A DNA stretch of 56,277 nucleotides, taken from assembly GCF_001194135.2 (NCBI RefSeq), contig NC_068992.1:34725758-34782034 (forward strand), given 5' to 3'. Source of the DNA: Octopus bimaculoides (taxonomy: Eukaryota). Below, piece after piece: positions 12,220 through 26,094 of the stretch (position 1 is its first letter; every line of letters starts with the position of its first letter). Made by a program: the position numbers and the translations under genes. A model generated the notes under the pieces. The model ran no database searches, was not told where the DNA came from, and saw only the letters and a program-made list of their open reading frames with translations.

Positions 12220-12410
12220 CTGAGAAACAACACACTTTGATAAACTCAGTGTCTGCTACTAACTTCAGGCCATGACAGACAGAGAAGATGCTCTTGAAGC
12301 CAAGAATTTGAACTTACAGAGACAACTAGGGGAAACACAACTAGATCTCATAATGCAGGGAAATGGCTGCATAATCAAGTACTTGCATGCCTGGAGAACT
12401 ATGTTGCATA
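11873..12410. mobile_element. Foldback/MITE-like element, 79-bp terminal inverted repeats (11873-11951 and 12332-12410) around a 380-bp spacer with a (TA)/(TG) microsatellite
   Basis: The arms match at 74 of 79 positions by eye. They begin and end with TA (tatgcaa...ttgcata). Confidence 0.85.
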
Positions 12411-12487
12411 CTGGATAGCACAGGGGGAAATTTCAAGGTGGATGAACTTTATACTGTACTACTGTAACATAATATACTATAATTATA

Positions 12488-12881
12488 AAAGGGTCTCTCC
12501 CTCAGAGTGAAAGGCAGATTGTATGAAGCCTGTGGACGTACAACTATGCTACATGGCAGTGAATCATGGCCCTTGACTACAAAAGACTTGCAGAGGCTTG
12601 AAAGAAATGAAGCTAGCGTGCTCCATTGGATGGTGTGCACACACCTCAAAGTGTGAGGGGCTGGTGCCACATAAAAAGCATTTGTGCCAGTGCTGCATAA
12701 GTGCATCTGTACCATTGGCACATGAAAAGCACCCAACACACTCTGTAAAGTGGTTGGCATTAGAAAGGGTATCCAGCTGTAGAAATAATGCCACAACAGA
12801 CAATATGGAGTCTGGATAGCTCCCTGGTTAGCTAGCTCCATGCCAGCATGAAAAACAGACATTAAACGATGATGATGATGA

Positions 12882-12921
<40 letters not shown>

Positions 12922-12963
12922 AACGACGACGACGACGACAACGACGACGACGATGATGATGAT
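12488..12963 (+). mobile_element. RTE LINE fragment with an internal deletion and a (GAT)(GAC)(GAT) tail
   Basis: KGLSLRVKGRLYEACGRTTMLHGSESWPLTTKDLQRLERNEAS jumps to the 3' UTR motif and the terminal motif shared with 7532-8666. Confidence 0.9.
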
Positions 12964-12974
12964 ATATGTGCATG

Positions 12975-13195
12975 TATGTCTTTGTGTTTGTCCCCCACCA
13001 CTACTTGACAACCTGTGTTGGTGTGTTTACATCCCCATAACTTAGCAGTTCAGGAAAAGAGTCTGATAAAATAAGTATCAAATGTAAAAGGAAAATAAGT
13101 ACTGAGGTCAGTTAGTTTGACTAAAGAATTCCTTGAGATGGTGCCCCAGCATGGCCGTAGTCTAATGACTGAAATGAGATAAACAATAAAAGATA
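12975..13195 (+). mobile_element. Family A SINE 3' half
   Basis: tgtgtttgtccccc..cttgacaacc..taacttagcagttc..gatggtgccccagcatggccgtagtctaatgactgaaa matches 350-558. Confidence 0.8.
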
Positions 13196-14732
13196 ACAAA
13201 AGTAAAAGTATATGTGTTGCCTTTGCTTTATTACCCAACCTGGAAGAAAGGTATTGCCCATACCCTGCTCATAATAATTTTAAAGTTCAAGGTTTACTAC
13301 TGAAAAGAAAAGGCTCCAATGTAAAGTGTTTTGGTACATAATGTCAATTATGAATCTAAGAAAGATAGAAAACACAATTGCATGGCACTGTGACTATTCT
13401 AATCCTTCAAACACAGCTAGAAATTTTAGAATGTGATAATCTATAATAGTGATGACTAAAAAACCTGAAGGAAGAAATATTGAACGGAATTTAAGTTTGA
13501 TGGGTTACATGTATAAAGATTTTGTGAATAAATCAAATAATTTTTTGAATAAGGGTGTCTGGATATGTTTTGGATGATGATGACCAGAAAATGGGATATG
13601 CAAGATATGGGAACTACACTTGTTGATGTATGTCTAGGTTATGTAGAATGTTAATTATTCTGTAGGGCTAAAGAAATTCTTACATCTGAATGAAAAACAT
13701 TCATTCTCTATCAATGTAAAACCTCCCTTTCACAATACTAAAGTAATGTGATTTCCTAGAGAGATCTCTACAGATTGTAAAGCATAGTATGTATCAAGAG
13801 TGGTGTTGCTAAAGAAGGATGCTTCTGAGAAGTTAAGGTATGGTACAATTCTTCTTAATCAGAGTGTTAAATATTAGAGATTGTAAAATGCTCATTCGAA
13901 GATAGAATAAAAGCCCTAATTATTGAAGAAATGGATAGTTGATATAAATGGAGCTGTTGAATAAAGCTGTTGTTGGTTAGCAGTCATTAAATATTATAAT
14001 ATGATATGGCTTAAATTAATTACATTCTTCCATGAAGATAATTTGTGAAGCTATTCAAGGAAAATGTAAAAGCAGAATTGGCTGTTAGACTACTTAATGA
14101 GGGGTATTAAGTTGCAGCCAAGAACAAGTGAGTTGCTTCATTTTTGCCTCAATTCATCAAGTTATTGAGAAGTTCAGAGAATCTGGAAAAGCCAAAAGGT
14201 CTGAACATTCACTGATAGCTATCTGAAGCTACAAAAGGGTAAACAATTCACCATTTATTACATTAGAGCATTGGATAAGTATTTATATATTAAAAGAAAG
14301 GAAACCATGTAACTTAAATTACTCTTATTAATTAATTATGTAATGTAAGCTGGAGTTGTATGATGTGAATAGATTATGCGTAATCCGGAATATAATACAA
14401 TGAATGTGAGACATGGTAATAGAAGTAGCTCACAATAGCTGTAAACCAAAAGTGATATATCATAATGTATCTAAGCAGTAAAGTTCATGTATATGGATAA
14501 GGTTTTTATGGTGTAAGAAGAAGAAGAATCTGACTTTTTGATATTGACCTTCTTCTGAGAGGAAAGAGATTTTTCAACCAGCACCAGTTCCCTCATATTC
14601 ATTTTCCTTTTTATGTTTTAATGTATTTAAAGCCAATTTCATGAAACTAAATGCATCTCAAGAACTGATGAAGACCATATCAATAAAAAAGATTTATTCA
14701 AAAATCCATGTCCTCCCATACCAACAACATAA

Positions 14733-14748
14733 ACACACACACACACAC

Positions 14749-14781
<33 letters not shown>

Positions 14782-14845
14782 TGCACACACATACACATGC
14801 ACACACACATACACACATACATACAAACACACATACACACACACA
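14733..14845. repeat. Imperfect (CA)n microsatellite
   Basis: Directly visible. Confidence 0.95.
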
Positions 14846-16892
14846 AAATAGAGTAAAATATAGGTTATGAAAATTGATGATTTTGCATGAAAAAAAATTA
14901 ATAACTGGAATGTAAAATCATAGACTAACATCTATGACCTCATTTTGTATCTGGTAGGTCAAAACATAAACAACATTAAATTGAAGCAGGTCAAAGCACT
15001 GAAATTTTTTAATATTATCAAAAATTTTAATATATTGTACCCCCATCATCATTTCGTTTCTAAAGTCATTTTATTCACCCAAAAATTTCACTAATATATA
15101 AAGGCATTTGCTTAAAAGAAAAATCAATTCTCTACGTCTATTGATTTATCATCACAAAGAAAAAAATGAAAAATATATCCCAATACTTCATGTAGAAATT
15201 GTTAGTTTTCAGAAACTAATTTTATCTCTGTTAGGCAGAGAACTTCTAAAGCTGAATACATTTTAATTGCTAATTAAATTTTACACCAGATATTCCTTGA
15301 TTCCCTGATATAAAGGAGAATTTTTACTTTTATACAGAATATGATAAAGGCAATCAAATTTTATCACTTTGTTTCTAAGCAACCTGGTATCTTTCTAGAT
15401 ATTTAACAAGATGGTTGTACGTAAAATGTATTAACACTTAGAAATTTTTTATGATACTTCACTTGAATGCTGTTGTTAGTTTAGCAATGTTGATGGCAGT
15501 AACAACAGAGGAGATGGAATTAATCTAAGAGAACCATAAAGGGATTGATCTAAGTAAATGTAATTCAATTTGAAATTTAAAGTTACAAGAGATAAGAATA
15601 CTACTAGAGCTGTGGTGCCACAAGATAATAATAGCAATACTGACATTGGGTCATCAGAGAACTATTGAAGACTTTGTTGTTGTTGTTATCCAACGAGTGA
15701 ACCTCTATACATCTTCTCAGTCTGCTAAAAATAGCATTGAGCATTATTATCAAACTCCACCTCAAAATGTAAAAGCTTTGTTTTAAAAGTTAACCTCATT
15801 GAAGTTATATATTTACAATCCATTCACTGGATTGACTTGTAATGCACCAAACTTTGATATTTTAGACAAAAGAAAATGTTATATAAAGCAATATGAAGTT
15901 GTGACTAGCATGCTTCACCAAAGCATTAATAATAAAATGAATGTGAAAGAATTGAAACTTGCTTAGACATCATACTAACAGCTAATCTTTTCCCCTATAC
16001 TGCTAATTTTTGACGAAATATTTTCAAATTACAATGTTAATGAAATACTCAGGTAAGAAGTATCACTTGATAATCAATAAAAGATATTCTTGATTGTATA
16101 AGTTGTCTCTCAAGTCTGTTATACATTGAAATAAGATTTTCAATATCTTACCAGTTTAAAAAATTCTTAAATATCCTACAAATATAAGTGATGCAAAACA
16201 ATTGAAATTAGTAATTAAAGCTCAAGCACATAATCAAATTAATGAGTTAACAATTAAAGTACAACATTAGAGAAACCTAGAAATATCTGAATATTATGAC
16301 TAGCTTGAGAAACAGTAGCAGTAGCAAGAGAAGCTTTGTATTACTCACCACTCCCAACATACTTGAGGAAACAGGCAAGAGGGCGAGCTTCTATGGGGTT
16401 CATTAGACCTCTTAGAAGCCAAATTGCCATCAAATCTCACCATGCTGTCTCAAAAGAAACTGGTTCTAGATGCATAGTGTCTGGTAAAAGAGAATATGGA
16501 TTGTTATGGCTTGAATGCCTTCGAACATAGGCCAGCATAATTAGGCATGACTTAGCGCTAAGCGATAACTGCAGCATCTTGGTACAGTAGTGACACTTTA
16601 ATAGACATAGCCATATTATACTAAAATGTAATTACCTGAATTTGGAAAACCACTGAAATTATATAAGAAAAAATTTACATAAACTGTAAAAAAAATCTCT
16701 ATTTCAAGCATTTCTTGGAATTATTAATGTGTTACTTTTTTTACTTCCATATTATAAAAAAAATATCATGGTAGTGGAAAAATATGAAATTAACATAAAC
16801 ATGCAATTCTTGGCTAGGGTAAAAGAAAACTCTCTTGCCCTCTCTCTCTTTAAAAAATGTGTGCGTGAATTTTACACACACACACACACACA

Positions 16893-17060
16893 CAGGTACT
16901 AGGATGACAGTGTAGTTAAGAAGGTTGCTTCCCAACTACGTGGATTTAGCTTCAGTCCCACTGTTTCGTACCTTGTGCAAGTGTCTTCTATTATAGCCCC
17001 AGATTTTTGAGTGGATTTGGTAACTAGAAACTAAAAGATGCCTATCTTATTCATATCATA
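16893..17060 (+). mobile_element. Family A SINE head running into (TA)n and an assembly gap
   Basis: ttcagtcccactg..ccttgtgcaagtgtcttctattatagcc..gagtggatttggtaactagaaactaaaaga. Confidence 0.75.
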
Positions 17061-17076
17061 TATATATATATATATA

Positions 17077-17198
17077 NNNNNNNNNNNNNNNNNNNNNNNN
17101 NNNNNNNNNNNNNNNNNNNNNNNNNNNNNNNNNNNNNNNNNNNNNNNNNNNNNNNNNNNNNNNNNNNNNNNNNNNNNNNNNNNNNNNNNNNNNNNNNN
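17077..17198. other. Assembly gap (122 N) inside a (TA)n tract
   Basis: Run of N flanked by TA repeats. Confidence 1.
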
Positions 17199-17849
17199 TA
17201 TATATATCTTTTTGTGTGTGTATGTGTATGTGTGTGAGCTAGTGTCTTCCTGTCTTAACATTACAATATAGTTGTAAATGAGTGTCACTGTCAAACTGTA
17301 GTGTCCATCCTTAATTTCAAGTCTTCTGTGGAATCATGTCTAGACAAGGAGGAAATGTTACCAGGTTAGGGGAAAATATTACCAAACCATATGATCATCG
17401 AAAAGGGAATTCTAGAATAGTGATGATAATACAGAGGTGAATACATGTATAAAAACATAGAAATAGGCATGGTTGTGTGATTTCGCCATGGTCAGGCATG
17501 TTTTCCAGAAAGATTGGAAGTGAACAACATCATTTGCAAGGAACTATTGATACTAATGGTAACAATTGAATTGAAGTGAGTATTCACTAACCACATTGCA
17601 TTCTTCAAAAATAAAATAACATTTTCCAACTATATTTGGCAACTAAAGGAAATTTTTCATTGAGTACAATATCAAATGGAGAATCAAGGGACTAAGAAAA
17701 TCACATATAAATGATATGAGAATGCATATTGATATGCAAAAAAAGTAGATGCAAATAAAATGTCGATTTTAAATACCAAAATAGATGTTAATATTAGATG
17801 GCACCAGGCCAATGAGCTGGCAGAATCGTTGTCCAGGATTACAATAGTA

Positions 17850-20800
17850 GTTTCTTATTAATGATATAACAATGTTCCACTGATAAGATTTGGAGAATTA
17901 CTATGGTGTAATCCTAATTTGACTGAAGCCAGTTCTCAGACAAAAAAGCTCAATGACTCAGGTGATGGTAAAGAAATAACTGATCTCTTCATCTCCAAAG
18001 CAACAGTTGAAAATATTAAAAGAAGCACTGTAATGGTGTCCCTTAAAGTATTAGAAGAGATGAACTTTGCAGACATAAAATAAACTATTATATCCTCAAT
18101 GAAACAAAGAAAAAAGTAAAAAAATAAGCTGGTTATTGCTGAAGGACACTTTTTTGCTCTGAAGCAAATGTCATCAAAATGAAAGCATTGATATCACGGA
18201 AAGAGAAGCTACACACATAGGACAACTGCTGAATATGGTCCAATACAGATGTAACTAATTGCTAGACTTTTAGATTCTGCACATTACCCTAAAATGGATG
18301 CATTTTCAGGAAATGCTATTGCCAAGTTGTGATAGTGGTATTCAACTGTTTAAAATCTTTTGTTCCTTTCTTTAGTTATAATAATCTGTTCTACTAAAGG
18401 CACAGGGCTTAAAATTTGATGTGTGAGAGATGGTTGATTACATCGACCCCAGTACTTGACTGGTACTTGATTTATCGACCCTGAAAAGATGAAAGGCAAA
18501 GTCGACCTCAGCAGAATTTGAACTCAGAACATAGTGATGGGCAAAATGCTGCTAAGATTTTTACCTGGCATGCTAGCAGTCCTGTCAGCTTGCCACCTTA
18601 GTTACAAGTCATAATGATAATAGCATGAAAAATAGTTGTCAGTGTCACATGAAGACAAGAATCATCAGAAAAAGGTAACCTGTAAAATTTGTGGCTATGA
18701 CCACAATCTGCTTCAGGGAAGACTATCAATGTCTAAAATGAATGACAATTTTCAGTCTGTCTACTGGTCTTGGACAAAGACATGATATTTGAGAAAGTGC
18801 ATGAAGTTGAAGTTGATAAAAGTTTAAACCAAGAATCATATTAAAAGATGATGTTGAATTGGCATATTATGAATCTAGACAACTTACTATACATATATCC
18901 CCTTGTTGGAGCAAAATTAAAGGAAGCACTGAATATTGAAGTAAAAGTGGGTTTCATTGTAGGTTACTGCATGCAAGCCCAATAGTAGATGGCATATTTG
19001 TACACACTACAAATTAGGAGTAAATCCGAATATATTTTCCAATGCTTATTCTTCATCAAACATTAATACAGCATTACATAAGATGGCAAACATGAAATAT
19101 TTTGCAAAGATTAATTTTTGCATGGACCACTGAATTCAGATTTTTGATGAAGCACAGGAACTAACATGTGAATACTCCTCTTGAATTACTGCAATGGATA
19201 TGTTTGTCATATTATATAAAAACAATAAATGCTATATTTCAATATGCTATGGACATTTTATTTGAAGCTTTTATTATTAAAATGATTTTGTCAAAATGAG
19301 ATTTGTCTTAGTGGTGGCACCTTGAACACAAAATAAAAGCCTTTTTACAGTGACATTCCTCTCATGATATGGCTAAGGAAAAGAAAAGTGCCATCTTTCA
19401 AGTGGAAAAATTGACCTTTCTAGGATATAAAATTTCAAGCATGGTATTCAAGCAGTGATTATGTTAGTACAGAAGATATTACACTTAAAAGTCTCAGAGA
19501 GCAGCAAAGCATTGGACTTATTTTTAAAATGACTCATTTTTATGGTCAGCTTATTCCCATATACTCTGAAAAAAATCTGTATTTTGAAACCAATGATGAA
19601 AGTACTTTAAGCTTTTGTGAAAGAAGGAAGACACCAACATTATTGAATCATTGACGAAAGATTTGGCTGAACCACCCATGTTATGGATATCTGATACAAC
19701 AAAAAGGGTTGTAGTTACTGAAGATACAAGTCAATATTCGTTATTTGGTGAACTGTCTCAGTACCTTTGATGTATAACACTGAAAAGAGGCTTTGTTGAT
19801 TGTCCAGATTGATTAAAGAGCTTGACACTTTTATTAGGATAAACTTTTTCTTGCAAACTAATAATAATCCTTTAGAATTCTCATAGAATCCCAGAAGAGA
19901 GATGTCTAAAGCAATATTTGTTATGATATTACAGTTGAGCAATCCATCTGTCTACTTTTAACTCTAATATACTTTGTGTAAAAAGCAGTACAATTTCCCA
20001 GATGGATGCTATATTGAGAATGATGATAAGTAAACCAATGAAGCCAGTGCAATGCAGACATAATATATTCTTTGGGTGGAAACAGATGAGCTGAAAATAC
20101 AAGAATTACAAATTGAAATAAAGAATGACGTACTTTAAATGAATAGATAGAATAATTTCTCAGTACAAAAGACCCTCTACAGCAGTTAGATAATGGCTCA
20201 CTGTTGATGATGAGTTTTCAATGGAGATGTTGTACCTACCATCTTGCTACAATTTTTTATAAGATCCATACATTCTGTTACACTTCCATTTTAGAACTAC
20301 AGTAACTAGAAATAAACTGCAATTAGAAGCACGGTGTCCTGGATAACATAATGATATTAAAAGTTATTTTGAATGTTGCTGGATTAAACCCATAGCAAAA
20401 GTTACTGAGAAGACTTGGTTACATGTACCTATGGACCGTAGTTATGTTCCTGATGGTGGTTTGTTACTCATACTTGTTGATGCACTTTTTTAGTTCACAA
20501 GAAATCATTGAAGTTAATGACAAGTCTGCTAAAACAACTAGAGTTCCACATATGTTGCTGTCTAATAATGCTGCAGAATTGTCTTGGAAGATCACTAGAG
20601 TAGTTTAAGAAAGTAGGTTGCAATCTCTTTTATATCCCACTATACCATCTATTATTTACTGGTTAATTTGAAAGGATGGTACTGGAAATAAGAGTTAAAT
20701 AGTTTTCTAAACAACTTGAAACTCTTTGATACACATTTTTACATTTATATTATGATAGCAGTCAATTCCTCTTACTGGAAGAAAGACAAAACCTTCTGAA

Positions 20801-21450
20801 GGAATATGAGTTACAAATACCTTTAACAGCATTTCTTGTTATTGATGTTTCTCTGTGGTAAGTTTCTAAATCTAGTGCAATAACACCCGACACTCAATAT
20901 CTTATATAGAGGGCCAGAAATACAACATTGTTGATAAAGAATAACAAGAGCTTTGGTGCATTATGATGAAATTAGAAACTGTTCTGAGAGTGATGAGGAA
21001 AATAAAAGGTGGTATTTTAAAATAAAACTAGAAGACTAGCTTGCATCAATTGATGAATGATAATATCCCATCACTAAATGAAATTAATGTCAATAGCAAT
21101 AGCATAACTCACAATGATGTTAGTCAAAACAACGGAGTAAACAAAGACGTTTTTTTCCTAAACAATATTGAGACATAGTATTATTGTTTTATTCTCAAAA
21201 TATTGCATGTGCTTTGCATGACAATGACATGTTTCATAATCAGATGGTCACACAGTAAAGATACAGATGTTGCTTCTGTAAGGAATTTTTTTTTCTTTAA
21301 TGTAGGTTTTGCATGTAGCTGAACATTTACATGGTATTTCATTTGATGAAACCCACTAGTGGTAAGGACAGCATGGAACAACATCTTGTGTCCAGGATTA
21401 TAAATGCAATCTATTTTTGCAATAATAATTTCTTATTAACAGCATAACTA
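17850..21450 (+). mobile_element. Heavily degraded Ty3/Gypsy LTR retrotransposon (gag-RT-RNaseH-integrase, possible 3' LTR)
   Basis: Motif remnants occur in Gypsy order. gag: KLVIAE..FFALKQ (~18125). RT: FAKIN..DEAQELT (~19100), LTFLGYKIS (~19410), MTHFYGQLIP (~19530). RNaseH: DTTKRVVVTEDTSQY (~19690). Integrase: LILVDALFSSQEIIEV and LLSNNAAE (~20470-20580). A purine tract near 20990-21011 may be the PPT. There are many stops and frameshifts, and the boundaries are approximate. Confidence 0.75.
18379..18597 (-). mobile_element. Family B SINE inserted in the Gypsy remnant, with 7-bp TSD TTAGTTA
   Basis: Reverse complement of the 9281-9493 type sequence. TTAGTTA occurs at 18372-18378 and 18598-18604. 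Confidence 0.85.
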
Positions 21451-22759
21451 CAAAACGTTTGCTAATAACTGTACACTTTTCCCTATATTTTAATGACAAA
21501 GCATTTTTACATAAACAATAAATGTTATTTAATTTTTTGGATAAGTATTTTTCGTTTTTATTTTTACATCATTTACACAAAAAATACAAGCTGCTCACTT
21601 CTATAGATAAAACCTGAACAACAGATAAGAATATTTTCAATGAATTATGAACAATAAATAAAATTTACGATAATAAAATAACTTAGTTATCATTTAAGTT
21701 ATCAGCAATCAAGATTTCCAAAATCAAATATTTAAAAAAGCAATTACAGAAATTAAGAGAAACTATTTTAATATTAAAATAACTGAAAATTCAGTGTCAA
21801 ACAATCAGAGATGCTTCATTAGAACTGAAAAAAAGAAATTAACAAGTTCATTGCATTTTGGTAATTTATTGTTTCTATCTTGGTTATCATTATTTTATCA
21901 ATGCCTCAAGTTTGATATTAATTCATGACAGACAGTTTGGAGCCAGTTACTAACAGCAGTAACAGGAAATTACATTATGTATACAAATGTATTGGGTACA
22001 AGTGTAAGAATAGTTTCTACTGTCTTTTCATAATCACAAGTACTTGCCAATACAGGATTGTTCCTATTGACTTCAGGACTGTTATTTAGTTTCAGGTCTA
22101 CCCTGATTAAGTAGAAGAAGTATTCCAAGACTTACTATCTGGTCTTTTGCGTAAAAGAGTACAACAATATAAATTTCCAAGAGTGTTATTTGAAAGAATT
22201 TTACAACTATTTCTAGTAAGTTCAGAAATTGTGCATAGGCTCTCATTCAAGGGTAGAAATAGAATGGTATTAATCATGTAAATTAAATGAAACTGATACA
22301 ACTGACAATGATATCTTAGTTGTACATTCATGTAGCTAGGACTTTGTTGTCTATTTATGTTAACAAAAACTGAGGATGATTGTGCTCCATCATAGATGAT
22401 CTATCTATCTTCACTTGTGTTGGTTTCTTTGCCAACAAATGCTGCTACACTTTTTAAAATATACTTCATGAATCTCTTCCTATGTCATCCTTGCATATTC
22501 TTTCTTTCACTGATGTATTGTTTAGGGGACCAATGGTCTGGAATTCACACAGAATAGTCAGACCATCAAAACTGATGTCATATAATCAAGATTTCTAGCT
22601 TCCTCTCAACTCTGCTCCTAGATATCATCTGGTACCTAGATATCATCCTGTATTGATGCAAGCTTTTCAACCCTAATAGACTCAGTGGTAGAATAAAGAT
22701 CACAACAGCATCAGCATTTTAATTTCAATATGTAAATGATGTCACAGTTAGCACGACTG

Positions 22760-23095
22760 CAGCAGGAGAACTATAGACACTTACCAAGATTTAAAATGAC
22801 ACATATGAAAACATAGGGCTATTTTTCAACAGAAGTAACACAAAGCTTTTGTATCAACAAGTCGATATTTGGTTAACTATTTGAGTACCTTGACAGACAG
22901 AGGAAAATCTAAGGCATTTCCAGAATCTGGGTAGTCCCCTATCACATATGAAAAGGCACAAAATTAGAGAAAACGGGCCAATGCAACTTCTGGTCATTTG
23001 AGAAGCTGGGTGTATAAAGATCTTGATCTGGAACAAACAACCAAACTTGTGGAGTGTAAGGTAGTTATTGTACCCATTCTATGAAACCTAGACAG
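22760..23095 (+). mobile_element. Degraded RTE (BovB-like) RT C-terminal fragment
   Basis: Similar to 47700-48100: ..TKLLYQ.., F.NLGSPLS, ANATSGHLR..VYKDLDL..TKLV..KVVIVP. Confidence 0.55.
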
Positions 23096-23648
23096 ACAAG
23101 TATAGAGAAGTTAAAAGACAGGAATATATAGCAAGAGATAAGTGAAGAAAACCTTGTACATCCAGTGACAGACTTGAAAGAAGTGTTGGCGCAAGACAGC
23201 TTATCTTTGCTCTGAAACTATAATTTTTATTCTATGGCATTTGACCTGTACAAATGTACAAATGCATGCATAAATGAATAAAAGTACATGTGTATGGTTA
23301 TGTACCATAGCCATTGTTTGGTGCCCCTAGATTTGATATTTTCGGCTTTAGCATTGACAGTGGTAACAGTGTCATCTTCATTATCTTCATCATCATTTTA
23401 ACATACATTTCTATAACATAGGTCAGACAAAATTCAGTAAGGCAGATTTTTATCACCACATGCTGTTCTTGTTATCAAACTTCACCTGTTTCCATACAAG
23501 TTTGTATTTCTATTATTCCTTTGAAAATGATTTCACAGATTACAAATAAACACCACCACATCTATGGTGGTGACTCTTGTTTATAATCAGTGTGTGATGC
23601 TGAGATAAGGATACAGAAACACACACATTTACACATTCACATATGTTT

Positions 23649-23698
<50 letters not shown>

Positions 23699-26094
23699 GT
23701 GTGTGTGTGTGTATATATTTATATATGTATTGGGTTTCTTTCAGTTACCATCTACTATATGCACTCACAAGGTTTTATTGTCACAGGGTCATTTTAGAAG
23801 ACACTTGTTCAAAGTTCTGTGCAGTGGGACTGAAACTGTATTTAACTTGATTGACATGATTCACTCTTGTTTCAAAGCTTGTAAACTGAATGTGCATCAG
23901 TAAAATTAATTGCTGCAGCAATATGCAAATGCCCAGTTTCACCAAAATCTATTTTATCAATATTGGCATTGGATAATGAATGTTAAAGATTGAAAAATCC
24001 ATTCATCACAACTGATGAGAATATTGACTTTGTAATATTCAAAGAAAAATAAATCAAATAACTCAAATAGGCCAATGGCATAAATTTGGATAATCAAGTT
24101 AAAGGCTGATGTACTGAATGCTGCACACAAAAAAAATTCCTAATTAATTGAAATTTTCTCTTAATTGTAGTAACAGAAAAAAAAAAACATTAGTGGCAAT
24201 TGTTAGGAAGCAGATAATTTCAAAAAGTTAAGAATAATCTCTCAAAGTTTACATGCTTAGGGCAATAAAAGTCTGATCTTCATTTGTAAGGAAGGCACAA
24301 CTGTGGTTATACTTTATTAGACCTTCTCAGCATAGAAGAGTCAAACCAAGGAATAGGAAAATTTTAATTAGGCCTTTTTGCAAACAACGTTTTGTACATC
24401 ATCCTTTAAATTGATTATCAAAATTCAAACCATTGGTTCATTTCAGTTATTTTCCTTTGCACACTTTATTTGTATGTACAATTCTGTTAATTGACCAGCA
24501 AGTTTGGTTATACTGTGCTAAACTGTGCAATGTTGATGTCTAACAGACTAAAACATGTCCAAAGTTGTCCCTTGCCTATAACTAAAAATAAGACTTTCCT
24601 TCCCCTAAGTATGTACATTAGATTTGAGAAATTAATTTTTAATTTCTTGAAGTGATTTCCTCTTTTCCTTAAGATGTACAAACTCTCAAACTCATGTAAG
24701 CTTTTGTTTTCTCTTTCCATCTAAAAGAGTACTTTCAGTTAAAAACTTCTTGCATGTGGCATTTTGTCCATCAGCCATTAATTCATATTATAGTCAAATA
24801 GACATTCATACATGTGATCAGTATAGTTCATTGCAAGGGATCAGAAGAATAAATATGAGCTCAAGGATTCAGATTAAAATATAGTAAAGACAAATTCAGA
24901 AAATATATGTCTGAAACAACATGTAACAATGAAATACGATTGTGGTCAAAGTTGCTATATCTTTAAATTCATCTCATTAGCTTTTGTAGAATTTGCTCAC
25001 AGAGCTTCTCCAAGTGCTACTCAAAAGTTTAATAATTATTATGGACACTAAAGTGAACTTTGTTTTCACAATAATTGATGCTCTTTCCTATCATATTTTA
25101 TTTAAATTGCTGTTATTTCATATCAATTTAGTATTAAGCTCCTACTTCATTAGTGTTCTTGTAAATGGCAAATTGAAACTATTTCTAAATCATTCAGTTG
25201 TTCAGTGAGTATATTGCTCAAAGTTAGAATGTAATAATTTCAAAGAGTAGATTTTGGTGAGATCTACCATTTAGTAACATGTTAAAAGAACAGGTAACTT
25301 AAATCTCAAGCATCATATTAACACAGTTTGTTTGTTAGTGTATGTACGTGTACATACAAATGCACACAAAATGCCAGTTTTCTGATTGGGTAAAAATAAT
25401 ACAACTATAAACTCTGTAACATTTAAAAAATTTTTTCTGGAACAAGAAAATAACAACATCAGATTCAGCATGAAAGATTACATCAATATACCAAATTTGA
25501 AAATTTCCACTTAATTTTCAAATTTAAAAAAGTGTGAGCCAAACAGAGAAGATCCCTTCCAATTTAGTATATTGATGTAATTTTTGATGCTGAGTCCGTT
25601 TCTGTGATTCACCTATTTTGAAAAATAATTTGAAAATTGTAACAGAAGTTTAAAGCTTGATAATTTTAACCCATTCTGAAAACAGGATTTGGAATCTGGC
25701 ATTTTCTGCATGATAGCTATTACAAAATGAAAGCAAAATGAAAGTTTCAATAAGTTTTAATGAATAAAGTCACATGAAACAGTTGAACTGGTATGTCAAT
25801 CATTTAAAAAGCAAAAAATTCTCAGTGCAACATTTTTGAAAAAAATTACCAAAACAAACGATAAACTGTACGTTAAGATTTTGGGTAAGGATTTAGGTTT
25901 AGAGTTCAGTTGGGTATCAAAGAAATTACATAGGCTAAAAGAACATACATGTGGTGATGACAGTTTGGATAGGAGACTACAGCTTTGCTTGTTACTATGA
26001 AAACAGGCATCAATATATCTGGTTTTCGATTGACTAAATTTACCCAAAATTTACAAACTTTAAAAGCTTTTAACTTTTTATTCATCAATTTATG

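Noticed and set aside
12449-12973. 174-aa ORF with poly-Arg/His
   Set aside because: It is the antisense reading of an RTE (GAT/GAC) tail and body.
16636-16652. 17-nt minus-strand microexon (atttcag|TGGTTTTCCAAATTCAG|gtaat)
   Set aside because: It is not frame-preserving and has no supporting partner exons. RNA-seq would be needed.
22110-22282. Protein-like open stretch VEEVFQDLLSGLLRKRVQQYKFPRVLFERILQLFL with a gtaagt donor
   Set aside because: No recognisable family, a poor acceptor and no start codon. Probably a decayed element or chance.
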